Assembly: GCA_030167865.1 (NCBI GenBank)
Contig: JALAGF010003459.1
Coordinates: 1-64,000 of the forward strand
Source: Craspedostauros australis
Lineage: Eukaryota
Direction of reading: 5' to 3'
Length of the DNA: 64,000 nt
Part shown: positions 22,306-34,597 of the stretch, piece by piece
Layout of the letters: the number at the start of each line of letters is the position of its first letter
How positions within the stretch are numbered: the stretch's first letter is position 1
The notes under the pieces: model-generated
Seen by the model: only the letters and a program-made list of their open reading frames with translations
What the model was told of the DNA's origin: nothing
Database searches by the model: none
Translations under genes and position numbers: made by a program

Positions 22306-25209
22306 CGTGATTCGGATGCTGTGCTGTTCTGTTTATCCTCTCTCTCTCCCCCGTAGTCGTATGGTGCTCGTAGTATTGATCCCTGTTGTAGCAGGGTTGA
22401 TGGGCTGACAGGTCGAGACATCGATACATCGATACATCGATGCAACTGTCTGTTGCGGCAGGAACCGCCATGGTCGGGCCATTTTCCGCGATCTCAGGTT
22501 GTTGTCGAAGTGTTGGCTTTGGTTGGTGTTGTGTTGATCGAAGTGGTCGACAAACACGAAGTCTGTACGCCGCCGATGGGCGCGATTCCGGCAGATACCT
22601 GTTCCGAAGAAGAACCGAATTGTGTTCTTCGCGTGTCTCGTTGTAGAATGGAGGCTGAGCGTAGACTCACGCCATCAACCTGAATCGAAGAAAATAAAAT
22701 CTCGGGGGTGACTTGCATTCGTGCTCGTCTTACCACCGAGATGGCAAGACCAATGCAAATGTCTAAGAATCATCCAACAGCTGACACGGATTTTCATCGT
22801 GGCTTCCTTGCCAACAACAAAAGGCTAGCCTCGCCACCATGATGCGTTGGCTGCACGAATGGGTCGTATAATACTTCAAGAGGAATCGGCGTAGATTCTG
22901 AGTTTCTATTTTTGCGACACAGGTGCTGTTGTAGCATGTGGAGCATTGTTTTACGCAATGAGGATTTGTTGCTGTCTTGAATGTCTCTACGAGCACCAGA
23001 CGCTCTCTCGAGAGAGTGACCTCACTTCATCTTATCCTGTCAGGTATACCCACTATTCGAACACTCTGTGAAGAGTGTAGAATAATGCCATAGCTCGTAT
23101 TACAAAATATTATACACATTAAATCCACTAATACATGTAATACGTGCATACAGCCAACTTTCGCACCCTTCCCATGAGGCTCTGAAGCTTTCTTGAGAGG
23201 GTTCGCGGAGCATCGCCAAACAGGAGAACCGCCACAAAGGAAGGCGCACAAGAGACAGAACAATCACCACTCCCAAAATCTGCAATTCTGCAGAACAACG
23301 CGCAAAAACATGACGCGGTTTGGTTTACCTCCCACCGCTTACTAGCCTGTGCGACCGTTCGGGGTGAGCGACACAGTGTTCAGGATCGAAGCATCATGAT
23401 TGGACCATACATGTCTGGAGTGTCCTGTGATATTGTATGATGCATTCAGCCATGAATATAGCAACTTGTTTCGCTTTGACCAATCAGAGTGCTACAATTT
23501 TAGTAGAGAGAGAAGTTGATGGAATTGGGTTTGGGAAACCAATCAAGAGGCCCGTTTTGGTTTCGTTTGTTGTCTGCGTGATTTGATTTCTGTTTGTCGA
23601 TGTGATTTTTCGAGGCAGCTGCCCAACGAAACTGCGTATCAAGACTCCTCCTTTCTTCTGAACAACGATAGCGATTTTCACTCGGGTGAGCGGCAATGAC
23701 GGTGTGCGGGTATCGACGATTGGTTTTTTTCGGAACGGTATGATGCAGATGACGATGATGACGACGACGAAGTTGATGATCATGGTGATGATACGGGTCG
23801 TTGGAGATGGCAGAAGCAGGGCAGAATGATTGACATGGGAGAAGGAGCAAGGAAGGAAGGAAGGGAAAAAACGCAGATTTCGTGTTCAGTGATGGATCCA
23901 CAATGATCGTGATGGTGATGTGTCGTACACAGATGCCATCATGCTTCCATGCAGTTGTGTGGATGTGTGGTGGTGCTCCTGCCGTGCGCCATTGGAGACA
24001 ACGTAACCACAAGAACCACGCAATTCATGCAGTTGGATGGGGGATAGGCATCACGGAGCGCAATGGAAGAAGCAGAGTCGAGAGGATCAGTGATGGGTTG
24101 CTTCGCGTGTGCTGGCGGCAGTTCTCGTGGTGGAAATAATTTTCATTGCAGAACAACTGCATCAGAAGCACCATGTTCTGCCGTGTCACGATCGAAGCTG
24201 AGAGTGACATCATCTTCGGAATTGAATGGGCACCCCACACCAACAGACACCATTCACATCAACAATCATCAACCCATCAGTGCATCACCATCAGCTGCGA
24301 GTACAACGTGCTGGCGGCAAGTCCATCTCATTTCCTGGTTCGCACAAGAAGTAAGGAGCTGCAGCAGCACTGCCACGGGCACAACGGATGTGTGATGGGA
24401 GAACATGTGATGTGGTGGGTGCCCTTCCGAATGATGGCAGCACAGGCCGAGAGTCTTCGATCACTGTCAAGAGCCGCACGAGCACACGCTCCGAGACCAA
24501 CGCACCTATCCGCCTCGTCGACACTTCACCTACTTCCGAGCTCCTTGGCACTCTCATGTAACGCGCACATCCTTCACCATTGTCATCGCTGAAAACGAAC
24601 TACCGTTCCGTCCGTTTTGATTCGGTTTCGTTCCTTCCAGTTTATCGGTGGACACCAGAGCAGAGATCGCACTGGGCTCTTCAGAGGGGATGGTTAGATG
24701 AATGGATGCGTGGATGGATACGTGGCATAGATGAACACACTTGGTGTGTGTTTTACTCGTCCATTGTACATCCACCATTCACACCTTCTCATGATGCCAA
24801 GGCTCACATCACTCTCCCAACTTCGGAAGTCGCCATCATCATCACAACCATCATCATCATCATCATTGTGTGGAAACGTTGCATAGGGCACAGATGACTC
24901 GGCATGTGGGGAGCCCATCGAACAGCCCCCATCCTCGTGCGCGGACCATTCAGTCTTGTACGTTGCTCTCTAGGCAACAGCAACAGACAAACGAACATCA
25001 ACTCAATCCTATTCTTTTGTTCTACTCTACCCAATCTTATCGTATCGTTCTCATCGTTTCTGCTTCCTCGATCTTGACACCGCCCACGCTGTCATCAAAC
25101 TTCTTGGAATGGTCACATCCATGGACTGCATCAAAACCGAACAGATCGCTAAACCCAACCGTATTTCACATTTCAAGCAATCATCATCAGCACCACTACC
25201 ACCACCATC

Positions 25210-27800
25210 ATGACAACCGTTGACAAGATACACCCTGTTGCTCTGCGTCCCGCAGGGTCGAAGGCCGTCTCATCTGCAGCTGAAGCCGCCATGGTCGAAG
25301 CTGCCATGGTGGAGTCCGCCATCAAGCGGGAGGAAGATCAGCAGATGGATGAGGAGCTCACCAGCGACGATGAGGATTGCCCAGTCAAGGCCTCTGAAGA
25401 CCACATGATGCAGGTTGCGATCGCGGAGAGCGTCAAGCACACCCGCACACCAGTCAAGGCACATCGTCTGTCCGATGGATCTCCACGGTACGGACCACGC
25501 AAGCGACGTCGCCCAAGCGAGTCTCAGCACCAACCAGATGCTGCTGCCGCTGGTGAGGTTGGAAACCCTTCCAACAGCGCTGGCAAGCCTTCATCCGGGC
25601 TGGCTCCTGCCAATCCCGAAGAAGCAGGTAGCTCGGCCGTTCCTCCGAACGCGCCGTCGCAGCAACAACAAGCCCCTCAGACTTCGCACGTGGCACCCGC
25701 CAGCAACACCATCAAACAACCGACCAGTAACATACCACCGGTCCCGGCGATAGCAGCGGCGTTACCGATAGCATCAGCACCTCCACCATCAAAAGCACCG
25801 CCGATAGCGGCACCACTACCGATAGCAGCAGCGATACCCATGCCTGCAGCCAAACCGCCTGTGCCAACACCGGCACCCGGAGGTGGGAGACAACAGACAG
25901 GAGCACAACAGAACCAATTGATTTTACCATCGAGACCAGACCCGTTACGGATATCCTTGATGGTTGCAAGGCCGGTGACGACGCAACCAACCAAACCACC
26001 TCCGATTCCTATCGTACCAGCGCCGCCGCCGCCACCAGTGACGGTCATGCCACGAGCCATCCTGCCCATGAGGGTGATGCCGTCACAAGTTGCGCCGAAC
26101 CCACCGCCCAAACCGATCGTTCCTGTCCAACCTCGGCAACAAGTGCCGGTTCAAGCCAGACACGTTCCGATCGGTATTCGTCACTCCGTCTCCGTGGCAA
26201 GGGTCGGCATGGTTGCTGCTGCTACTGCCATCACTAGGACGGCGGCGCCATCACAGGCCATGGTCGCAACACCAGCTTCGCTTCCTGCGCGACAACGACC
26301 GCCATTGCAAGCGCGACCATCCGTGGTGCCCAGTACTGCTGCACCGCTATCCGTGGTGCCCAGGCACTTGCTGCAGCATGCCAAGCAGGGTCAGCACATG
26401 GGGCTGAAGTCGAACTTGTTGCCCAGCATGGGATCGGTGCCGAATCCTCTTTCCAAGCCGATCGCCCCGACATCGCTCTTGCTTCCAGCACCAGCACAAC
26501 CACGAACCCTGCCTGTTAAGAGCAGCGATGCGGCCGTGCCATGCCCACTGACAAACCCAGTTCCATGCCCGCTGCCTCATGCACCCTTCAAGGTGCAATC
26601 GGAGTTGCCTCCGTTTGCCCCGCAACCACCGCCACCAGTCTTTGCGCAAGCCCCGTTGGCGCCTGCTAAAGTGGAAAAGAGGGTGACCATTGCGGAACCC
26701 GAGGTTCCGTTCTCGTCAGCTCCGGCACCATTGGTAGTGTCCTCATCGGCGCCTCCCGCACCGGCAGGAAGAGCACGTGTGTTTTCTGTGGATATTGATC
26801 GTAAGTTTGCACTGCCCTTGTGAGCGTTGATCACATACTATCTGACTGTGCCTGTTGCTGTGCCAATCGATATGGACTGAAATGAAATGAACTGGATGGA
26901 GCATGCATGAAAACACATTGTCGCTCACTCTCTTACTCATCACTCACGTATCAACGTCTCCACCAAATACTTCATCCATCTCTATTTGCTATTCTGCACC
27001 CTCATGAAACAACAGCCGCGACCTTCGATTTTTCAACCATGACCGCGGAATCGTCGTCTGTTTCTGTGAAGACCGAAACCTTGGAGGATCTGACCGCACC
27101 GGCCTCCGATGCTTCCATTCTTCAGCGCGACAGAGGATACTCCTTTGAGTTTTTCAACTTTCCCAGCGACGAGTTGTTGCCTGCATCCCCAGCCTTGCCG
27201 GCATCTTCCAGCGAATTGCCTGACCCGACTAGGGCTGATGAGCCGACTTCCTTCACTCGTCCACGAGGCGATTCCATCATCTTCGACCCGATCAGTTTCC
27301 AGGAAGGTGGCATCCACGAGAAGAATGCATTGATGAAGCCACGTGCATCCGCGCTCGCGCCTACCCCCGCGCAGATTGTCTCCGCCGAACCCAACTTCTC
27401 CACCGCGAATACTGGCATCACCGCAACATCGTTGCCGCAGCCTGTCGCGCCGTTGTCGGCTCCACCACGTCGCGCCCCGGTGTCGTACAACGCTGTCGTC
27501 ACCCCGACCAGCAGCAACGTGTCCAGCCAGATGGCTACGCTGCCGAGCTCGCTGAATGCAAGCACCGCGGCCGGGACAGCCCCGGCGACGTTCCAAATGG
27601 ACCTGCTGAACAAGGGTGGCCGCATCGGCATTTACCTGCCCGAGGCACGCAAGGCCCGTATCGCCCGTTTCCATGCCAAGCGCAAGATGCGCATCTGGAG
27701 GAAGCGCATCAAGTACGATTGCCGCAAGAAGTTGGCCGACAGCCGCCCACGCATCAAGGGACGCTTCGTGAAGAGGAGCGACATGGAGGAGGAGTCTTGA
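25210..27800 (+). CDS. CCT-domain protein with long Pro-rich region
   Basis: Exons 25210-26800 and 27016-27800 (GTAAGT...CAG). C-terminal CCT motif RKARIARFHAKRKMRIWRKRIKYDCRKKLADSRPRIKGRFVK. Confidence 0.9.
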
Positions 27801-29123
27801 ACCCTTCTTTGGTTTGGGGACGAACCGTTCGCGCGTTGGACACCATTTGCGCAAGTATCATACATGCATAGCACCACGATCTCATTTTTTCTATCATCTC
27901 ATCTTGTGTTGTCTTGCATCGTCGCAACTGCGTCGGTACACATGGATGTGTGTGTACGTGCTGATGTTCGCGCCCATGTTCGTGACAGTTTGGTCGTTGC
28001 GCCCTGATGGGTCGTAGCTGGTGTGTGAATGTGTGGACATGACCATGCCTTCAACTTCATCAAATGTGCGAGTAGAGCATTGTTGTCTCTTTGGCCGTCT
28101 TGGGCTCGTGGTGTGCTGGCTCTGTGTGTTGGCATGGTGTGGTAGAAGACCAGCCAGTCGGTCGGCACTTGTTGGCCAGCACCTTGTCCATGGGAAGTGG
28201 GCGATGCTGGATTCATTGCCAGCTTAGTTCGACAAGCAGCAGTGGCTACTGCTGCGCCATCATGTTGCGGGGTTGGCATGCATGGGTGGCGCCTGATGAA
28301 TGATCGTGGGTGATGGTATGGTGAGAGTATGTTGCGAGACTGTTGATGTACGCGTATGATATGTGGCACTCGCTTGTGGCTCGGAGGCGTGGGACGGAAT
28401 GATCCGTAGCCTCTCGTTTGATTGGCGCTTGTTGTGTGGTTGTGTGGACACCGACGAACAGCTATGATCGTCACGCTTGGTTGCTCTTGACCGCAGTCGT
28501 CAAGTGATCAGTCTCTTACCAGCCTCTCATTGTCCAAGTACGTTGGAGTACTCTTTACTGTGTCCCGTCCTTCTTCTTCGTCATCGTCATCGTCACGATG
28601 CATTGCGACCATCTGGCCGATGTCCTGTGGATGCATTTGCGTGGCCGGAAGCTCCGCGACGATGTTTGCTTGAGGACACGACCCCATTCACAGAACGAAG
28701 GTGATTGGTTGGGTGCGTTGATCATGTTCAATGATACTTTTTTCGCCGCAGAAATTCCTGAAAACGTGACTGGCCAACGATCTGTTGGGATGACGGTCGG
28801 ACCCAAAGCACTCGCGATTGGACTAGCATTGAGTCCTGGGTAGCACATGTATCTACGATTTGTTAAGCTAGAGTATGCACAATCATCATGTTTCACGATT
28901 TCAACCTCATCTCCGTCACGGGATCATACACGCACTGGTACCATACACACTCGACAGATAAAGAGAGCAGATGAATACGTGGATCCAATGATGTTGATTG
29001 CGGTTGAACGGTTTGCCCTGGGCTCCTGTTCTATGAGTATGTATTGTATGGTGCACTGCTGTCTCGTCTCATCTCATCTCGTTTCATATTTGTCAATGCA
29101 AGTACTACAAACAGTTGCCACCA

Positions 29124-30392
29124 TTACTCCGTTCCACAGCCCAGCTGCCCCTTGAGCTCGTCCAGCTCCTCGTTGGTGGCTTTCAGCAGCTCGTTGCTCG
29201 CGACATCCCAGCTGTCGATCGGCTTCTCCCAGAACGGCGTGTACAAAACGCGGCCCTTGTGCACGAGCGCGGGTATGAGAGTGAACATGCTGCGGGACAT
29301 GATGAGGACGTCGGATGATACCATCGTCTTCCACGCTTCGCCCACATCCTCGTCGATGTGGACCTCGTAGCCCCGCTTCCGGAAGTCATCAAAGTCCTCG
29401 ACCGATGGAGCGTGGGAGTAGATGACGACTCTCGCGCCAGGGCGCATGGCGACGTCGATGAGCCTCTGGTAGTGCGAGTTGGGCAGGTAGCGCAAGTAGC
29501 CATGCTGCATCTTGGCGGTGCACGGCGAGTCGTACGATCTACCTCTGCGGATGTGAACCGCGATGGTGAACCTGTTGTCGGCCTTGGGTGGGAAGGCCAC
29601 CTTGGATCTCAGGAATTCTCGGTATTCCGCAGTGAACAGCTTCATGCCGCGCTTCTTGTACTGGTAGTCGGATACGGTGCTCGATCGTACCGACTGGTCA
29701 TCCAGATCATGGGAGCACCGGAACTGTATCTCTTCGCCAAGCCCGAGCGCGTCCAGCATGGCTCGGTGGGTGTCGTGGTTGGTCAAGTCCCCGCCGCAGG
29801 CACCACCGTACAGGACGCCCTCTTCGTAAGCATGGGCATGCGCCATGACCACATCCCTCATCACGAGCCCGTCCGATTTCTTTGCGTACGAATTGAAGAT
29901 GACTCTGTTGTCGTCGATGAATTTGGGCTTGTACGGTGCTGCGTTGGGGTCGTACGGACGCACTGCGGCGACAATGCCACCGTTCGATCCCAGTATTTCC
30001 TTCGGTTGGATCCGGATCGCTGCTGGCTTTCCGGGGGCCTTGCCGACCATGTTCTGCTCTATCAGGTTGGCACTGGATGTGGACGGCGTGAGCAGGATCC
30101 AGATGAAAAGGACGACCAGGATCACTCCCATCACGACGGCGTGAGGATCATCGCCGCAGTTCTTGTCCAGGAATGCCTTGAGGCCAGGTGCGTGCTTCTC
30201 CATCGCAATCTTGGCCACCTGAGTTTGCCTGTCGATGACTACCTTGGCCGTCTGGGCGTGCTTCCGGCCAGCAGCTGCGGCAACTGCTGCATGCTTGCGG
30301 ATGGCGGTTGTGGCCGCACTGGTGTGCCTGCTGATGACGGCCCTGGTGATCTGCGCCTGGTTGTTGATGGCGGCGCTCGAGATCTGGGTCAT
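29124..30392 (-). CDS. Fucosyltransferase-like glycosyltransferase, copy 1
   Basis: TM anchor, AVHIRRG, YLPNSHY, SDVLIMSRSMFT and YTPFW. Start placed at MTQISS. Confidence 0.75.
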   Translation of the reverse strand: MTQISSAAINNQAQITRAVISRHTSAATTAIRKHAAVAAAAGRKHAQTAKVVIDRQTQVAKIAMEKHAPGLKAFLDKNCGDDPHAVVMGVILVVLFIWILLTPSTSSANLIEQNMVGKAPGKPAAIRIQPKEILGSNGGIVAAVRPYDPNAAPYKPKFIDDNRVIFNSYAKKSDGLVMRDVVMAHAHAYEEGVLYGGACGGDLTNHDTHRAMLDALGLGEEIQFRCSHDLDDQSVRSSTVSDYQYKKRGMKLFTAEYREFLRSKVAFPPKADNRFTIAVHIRRGRSYDSPCTAKMQHGYLRYLPNSHYQRLIDVAMRPGARVVIYSHAPSVEDFDDFRKRGYEVHIDEDVGEAWKTMVSSDVLIMSRSMFTLIPALVHKGRVLYTPFWEKPIDSWDVASNELLKATNEELDELKGQLGCGTE

Positions 30393-31096
30393 CGTGAACG
30401 TTCTGCCTTCTGTCTTCTTTGCGCTGCACGGAGTCTGGTATGGTGCGTATACTTGGAGTGGAAGCGTGTGCCGATTGCCCTCTTGTGAACGTCTGACGGT
30501 GGTCTGCCACTTCTCTGTTGTTGACAAGCTGAGACGCAACTATGCTGAGTTCTATTGCTGGTCGGAGTTCTATTGATGATGATTCCAGAGCGCAGGGGAT
30601 GTCGGTGCAAGTATGGTGAAGGAATGCTTTGGGGCATTAGCTTGCGCACAGATGCACAAACAGACACATCCCATCAACACACTTCCTGCGTGCGTCGGTT
30701 CGGTTTGGATGTTCTTTTGCGGTCATTTTGGAAGGTTTTGGATTTGTGACAAGTGACCCACGTTTTCGTGTTGGTGGTCGTGGTTGTGGTGTCGTCCGCA
30801 TTATCCATGACTCATTCTTCCTTTCTTCTGGTCGTGCACAAAGACAGATGTCACCGCACCACGAGTGGAAGGCGGGGGCAGACCAAGACACAAACGAAGC
30901 TGGCGCTTCACCGATCTACCTACAATTACGAATGGACATCATAGTCGTATGTGTATGCGCCCTACCTACACTCCACCTCCTCGCAAATGCTCCGCATCTG
31001 CACTCATTCTCGCTGCACTACGCATGATAATGCCTCTTTGGATGTTGAACATGTATTATGTACACATACAGCAATCCATAGCTCGTGGGTTAGTCT

Positions 31097-32164
31097 CTAG
31101 CAAAACTCCTTCAGCCGCTCTATTTCCGCCTCCGTCTCCTGCATGGTCTGCGCATCGACTTGTTCCCAGTGCTTCAGCGGCTCTCTCCAAAATGGCGTGT
31201 AAACGACAATGCCTCTCGCGACCACAGCTGGAGTTGAGGAGAACTGGCTTCTGGAGAGGATGACGACATCCGCATTCGCAATGTCCTTCCAAATTACTGT
31301 CTCGTCGGCAGTCAGCTGCACGTCGTATCCCTTGTTTGTGAAGTCATCCAACGATTCGAACGATTTCGGTTGCGAGTAGATGATCACCTTGGCGCCAGGC
31401 TTCATGTACTTGTCGATCAGGGTCTGGTAGTGCGAGTTGGGAAGGTACTGGAGGAACCCTTTCCGCAACTTCTTGCACGGCTTCAGCTTCTTCCTTCGCA
31501 TGTGCACGACGATGGTGTACGGATCCTCCTCACCCTTCGGTTCGTACTTGACGTGGGAATGCAGGTACTCTATGTAGTCCGGCGTGAAGACACGGTATCC
31601 CTGCTTCGCAACTTCCGACGGCGCCATCTCGGAGCGCCGCGACTCTTTGTCCCACGAGCGGGCCCTGGGACATTCGAACGGCGTGACCTCCTGCATGCCC
31701 AGCGCCTCCACCAGCTTCCATTGCTTCGTCCGATCGATATCCTGCGCGTTGCAGCTGCCGCCGAACTTGGCTCCCCTGCCGTATGCGACGGCATGAGACA
31801 TGATGAGCTTCTCGAGAGTCACGGCCGCCTTTCCCTTTTCGCAGTGATGGTACAGGTACAGCTCTCTCCCATCGCGCGGCTTTCGGGCGATGCGGCCACG
31901 GTCCGACGAAAACTGCACCGCAGTGTGCTTCTTTTCAAAGAGCGCGACGCGTTGCGGCGTTGACAGATCCGTCTGCTTGTACGGGATCTTTCGTATCAAT
32001 GATTTTCGCTTTTCTCCTGTTATCGCAGACGACGCATCGTTTTCATCCTGGCCCATTGCTGGTGTAGGGGTGGTGACAAGCATCACCAGCACCAGAAGCG
32101 CATGCAGAGCCAGCGTATGCCATGATGGGCTTCTCATCGTGCGCTGTTTCAGTCGCGTTGCCAT
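31097..32164 (-). CDS. Fucosyltransferase-like glycosyltransferase, copy 2
   Basis: Signal/TM segment, VVHMRRK, YLPNSHY, ADVVILSRSQFS and YTPFW. Start placed at MATRLK. Confidence 0.75.
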   Translation of the reverse strand: MATRLKQRTMRSPSWHTLALHALLVLVMLVTTPTPAMGQDENDASSAITGEKRKSLIRKIPYKQTDLSTPQRVALFEKKHTAVQFSSDRGRIARKPRDGRELYLYHHCEKGKAAVTLEKLIMSHAVAYGRGAKFGGSCNAQDIDRTKQWKLVEALGMQEVTPFECPRARSWDKESRRSEMAPSEVAKQGYRVFTPDYIEYLHSHVKYEPKGEEDPYTIVVHMRRKKLKPCKKLRKGFLQYLPNSHYQTLIDKYMKPGAKVIIYSQPKSFESLDDFTNKGYDVQLTADETVIWKDIANADVVILSRSQFSSTPAVVARGIVVYTPFWREPLKHWEQVDAQTMQETEAEIERLKEFC

Positions 32165-32784
32165 CTTGCCAACAGCAGTACGGTCGTTGTGCATCAGTGT
32201 GTCTGCTCCTTTGTCTGTACACGTGTGTGAGCAAGTATGGCAAGTATGGAGAATAGGATGTGTGTCTATAGCCTCACACAAGCGACCGTGATCTGTCTTT
32301 GGAAGGGCTGATTGTTGGCGTGTGTTTGACTGCAGCGGACAAGCTGATGGAGGTCCTTGTCAATTGTCTTTGCTTTTGCCTCTCTCTCTCTCTCTCTCTC
32401 TTTGGCGGATGTTCGTGCTGTCAGCCAACGACGCACTGCACCACTTCGGCAACAGAGTCCGTATGGTACGACTATGGTGCGAGGTACTTGTATCCGTAGG
32501 ACGGATGGAGCTGTGGTGCTGTGAGGCGTTGATGGCGATGAGGGAGAGGTGTCTCAAATTTCGGTGCTGTTCTTTGGGTGTGTTTGGACGGACACATCGA
32601 CCTCTCCGCCGCTGAATGGCGGTTTGTCCGTGCCCAAAAGTCATTCTCCGCATTTCTCAGTTCCAGTCACGATCGTGATTGATTCTTTCGTTTTCATGGT
32701 GTGCACCTTGGACTGCAAACATACACCCAACTTCGTTGCGCCATCTCACTCACCATACTCGCACTCGCAAAGGACCTGGGGGTG

Positions 32785-32836
32785 CATATCCATATCCATA
32801 TCCATATCCATATCCATACCCATGCCCATGCCCATG
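32785..32836 (+). repeat. Compound hexamer microsatellite (CATATC)5 grading to (CATGCC)
   Basis: Directly visible. Confidence 0.9.
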
Positions 32837-32904
32837 TTCAGGATTGTGCTCATACCAAAGATGGCAGGCAGCACTGGGACTCGTATTGTGGATCGTCAAT
32901 GTTC

Positions 32905-34155
32905 CTAGGTCTGCTTGGTTCGTTTCGCCCCTCCCTTCTTCTTGACTTTGAGCGATCCTGGCAGGCATTTCGTATCCTGCATGCGCTTCAGCTCCGCCAT
33001 GCTTTGGTCCATCAGATGTGGAGGCACCACCTCCCAGCTGGCCAATGGCTGGTGCCACATCGGAGTGAACACCACGGTCTTCGCTCTGGAGAGCAACCCC
33101 GGAACGAGGGAGAAGCTGCTGCGGCTCATGATGAGTAGATCGGCAACGACCATCGTCTGCCACACCAAACCGATGTCTCCATCCAGCACGACCTCGTATC
33201 CTCGGTCTGTGAAATCTGTGAAGTTCTCAAAGGATTGGGATTCAGAGAACACGACCACTCGTGGTTGCTGTTGCGCACCTTTCTGATCATTCAAGCTCGG
33301 CAGGTACTCCTGAATCAATCGCAGGTAGTGCGAGTTGGGCAGATACCGATCGTACCCCCGCGTTTTGGGTCGGCATGGGACGATATCACCACGTCGAATG
33401 TGCACGGCCACGAGCGGACCGCTGGCCTCATCGCCGAATTGCTGAGGACGCGCATATCGGATCTGCGATTGGATGTACTTCATGTACTGCGGCGTCCACA
33501 TTCGGGTATCGTCCGATTTGTACATCTCCGTCTTGAGAAGCTTCGGCTGCAACGGCATCGCGAGTGGCACGTCATCGAGGGAATGGATGTGGGTCCTGTT
33601 CTCTTTGATGTCGCGTGGGCATGTCACGGACACGATGCGGTCCAATCCGATGGCCTGCAGCAGCTCCGCATGCTTGTGCTTGTTCCTTTCCCACCCCGGC
33701 GCTCCCGTGGGGCAGATCCCAGCGTACACGCCGTCGCCACGTCGAAAGACGAATGCATGGCACAGCAGAATGTCCTGAATGGTGGCACCGGATCTGTCGC
33801 CGCGGCCTGGAGAGAAGTACACAACCACCTTGCCATCCTCGTTGGTTGGAATGGATTTCGGTGCGGCGCTTCCAACTTGCGAAGATTGAACGCTATCTCC
33901 TTCAGGGCGAGCTGTATCAATCGGGGCCGGTTGCATTGGATGTTCTGCGTACGAGTATTCTGCTCGCACAGCTGCTGCGTCATCGCTCAACACAAATGTC
34001 GGCTGCACGAACAGATCCTTTCCGAACAAGGCGAAGGATACCACGATCGCCATCATGCCGACCATGAAGCAGTTGCGAGAACGCGCGAACGATGCGACGC
34101 ATTGGCTCAACGCCGATCTACGCTTCTTGCCATCCGGCCGTCGGATGATCGCCAT
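32905..34155 (-). CDS. Fucosyltransferase-like glycosyltransferase, copy 3
   Basis: Type II TM segment, DRSGA, AVHIRRGD, YLPNSHY, ADLLIMSRSSFS and FTPMW. Confidence 0.8.
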   Translation of the reverse strand: MAIIRRPDGKKRRSALSQCVASFARSRNCFMVGMMAIVVSFALFGKDLFVQPTFVLSDDAAAVRAEYSYAEHPMQPAPIDTARPEGDSVQSSQVGSAAPKSIPTNEDGKVVVYFSPGRGDRSGATIQDILLCHAFVFRRGDGVYAGICPTGAPGWERNKHKHAELLQAIGLDRIVSVTCPRDIKENRTHIHSLDDVPLAMPLQPKLLKTEMYKSDDTRMWTPQYMKYIQSQIRYARPQQFGDEASGPLVAVHIRRGDIVPCRPKTRGYDRYLPNSHYLRLIQEYLPSLNDQKGAQQQPRVVVFSESQSFENFTDFTDRGYEVVLDGDIGLVWQTMVVADLLIMSRSSFSLVPGLLSRAKTVVFTPMWHQPLASWEVVPPHLMDQSMAELKRMQDTKCLPGSLKVKKKGGAKRTKQT

Positions 34156-34597
34156 GCTGCTGTCGAATCGTGCGCGTCACCCGAGCGGCGATGGCTGCGT
34201 TTGCGACTGTTATATGACTCCGTGGCTCTTTCCAAGATGATCGTTGAGGAACGAAGTCAACTGTGCTTGAGACTGTGCCGCTCATTTGCTTGCGACTTGG
34301 GTGCAATCGATGCTGCTGTCAATGATTGTGGTGATGAAATGATTAGTTGACGAAAGCGGTCTTGCGCTTCTCTTGCTTTCTCAGCCAACAGGAGAAGAGG
34401 AGAGAAGAGACGGATCGCGCCACCTGTCGACCAAGTTTGTCCGAGATTTGATCCACGGATTTTGGGTCCACGCAGTCGGCTGGTGCTCGCAGGCTTCCAT
34501 CCAACACATCGTGCACAAATCTTCGTTGGCGCGCTCGTTGTCACAGACCAGGCGGCAGTTCCTGGAACATGATGTCGATGCGCTCTTGTCAGCCACC

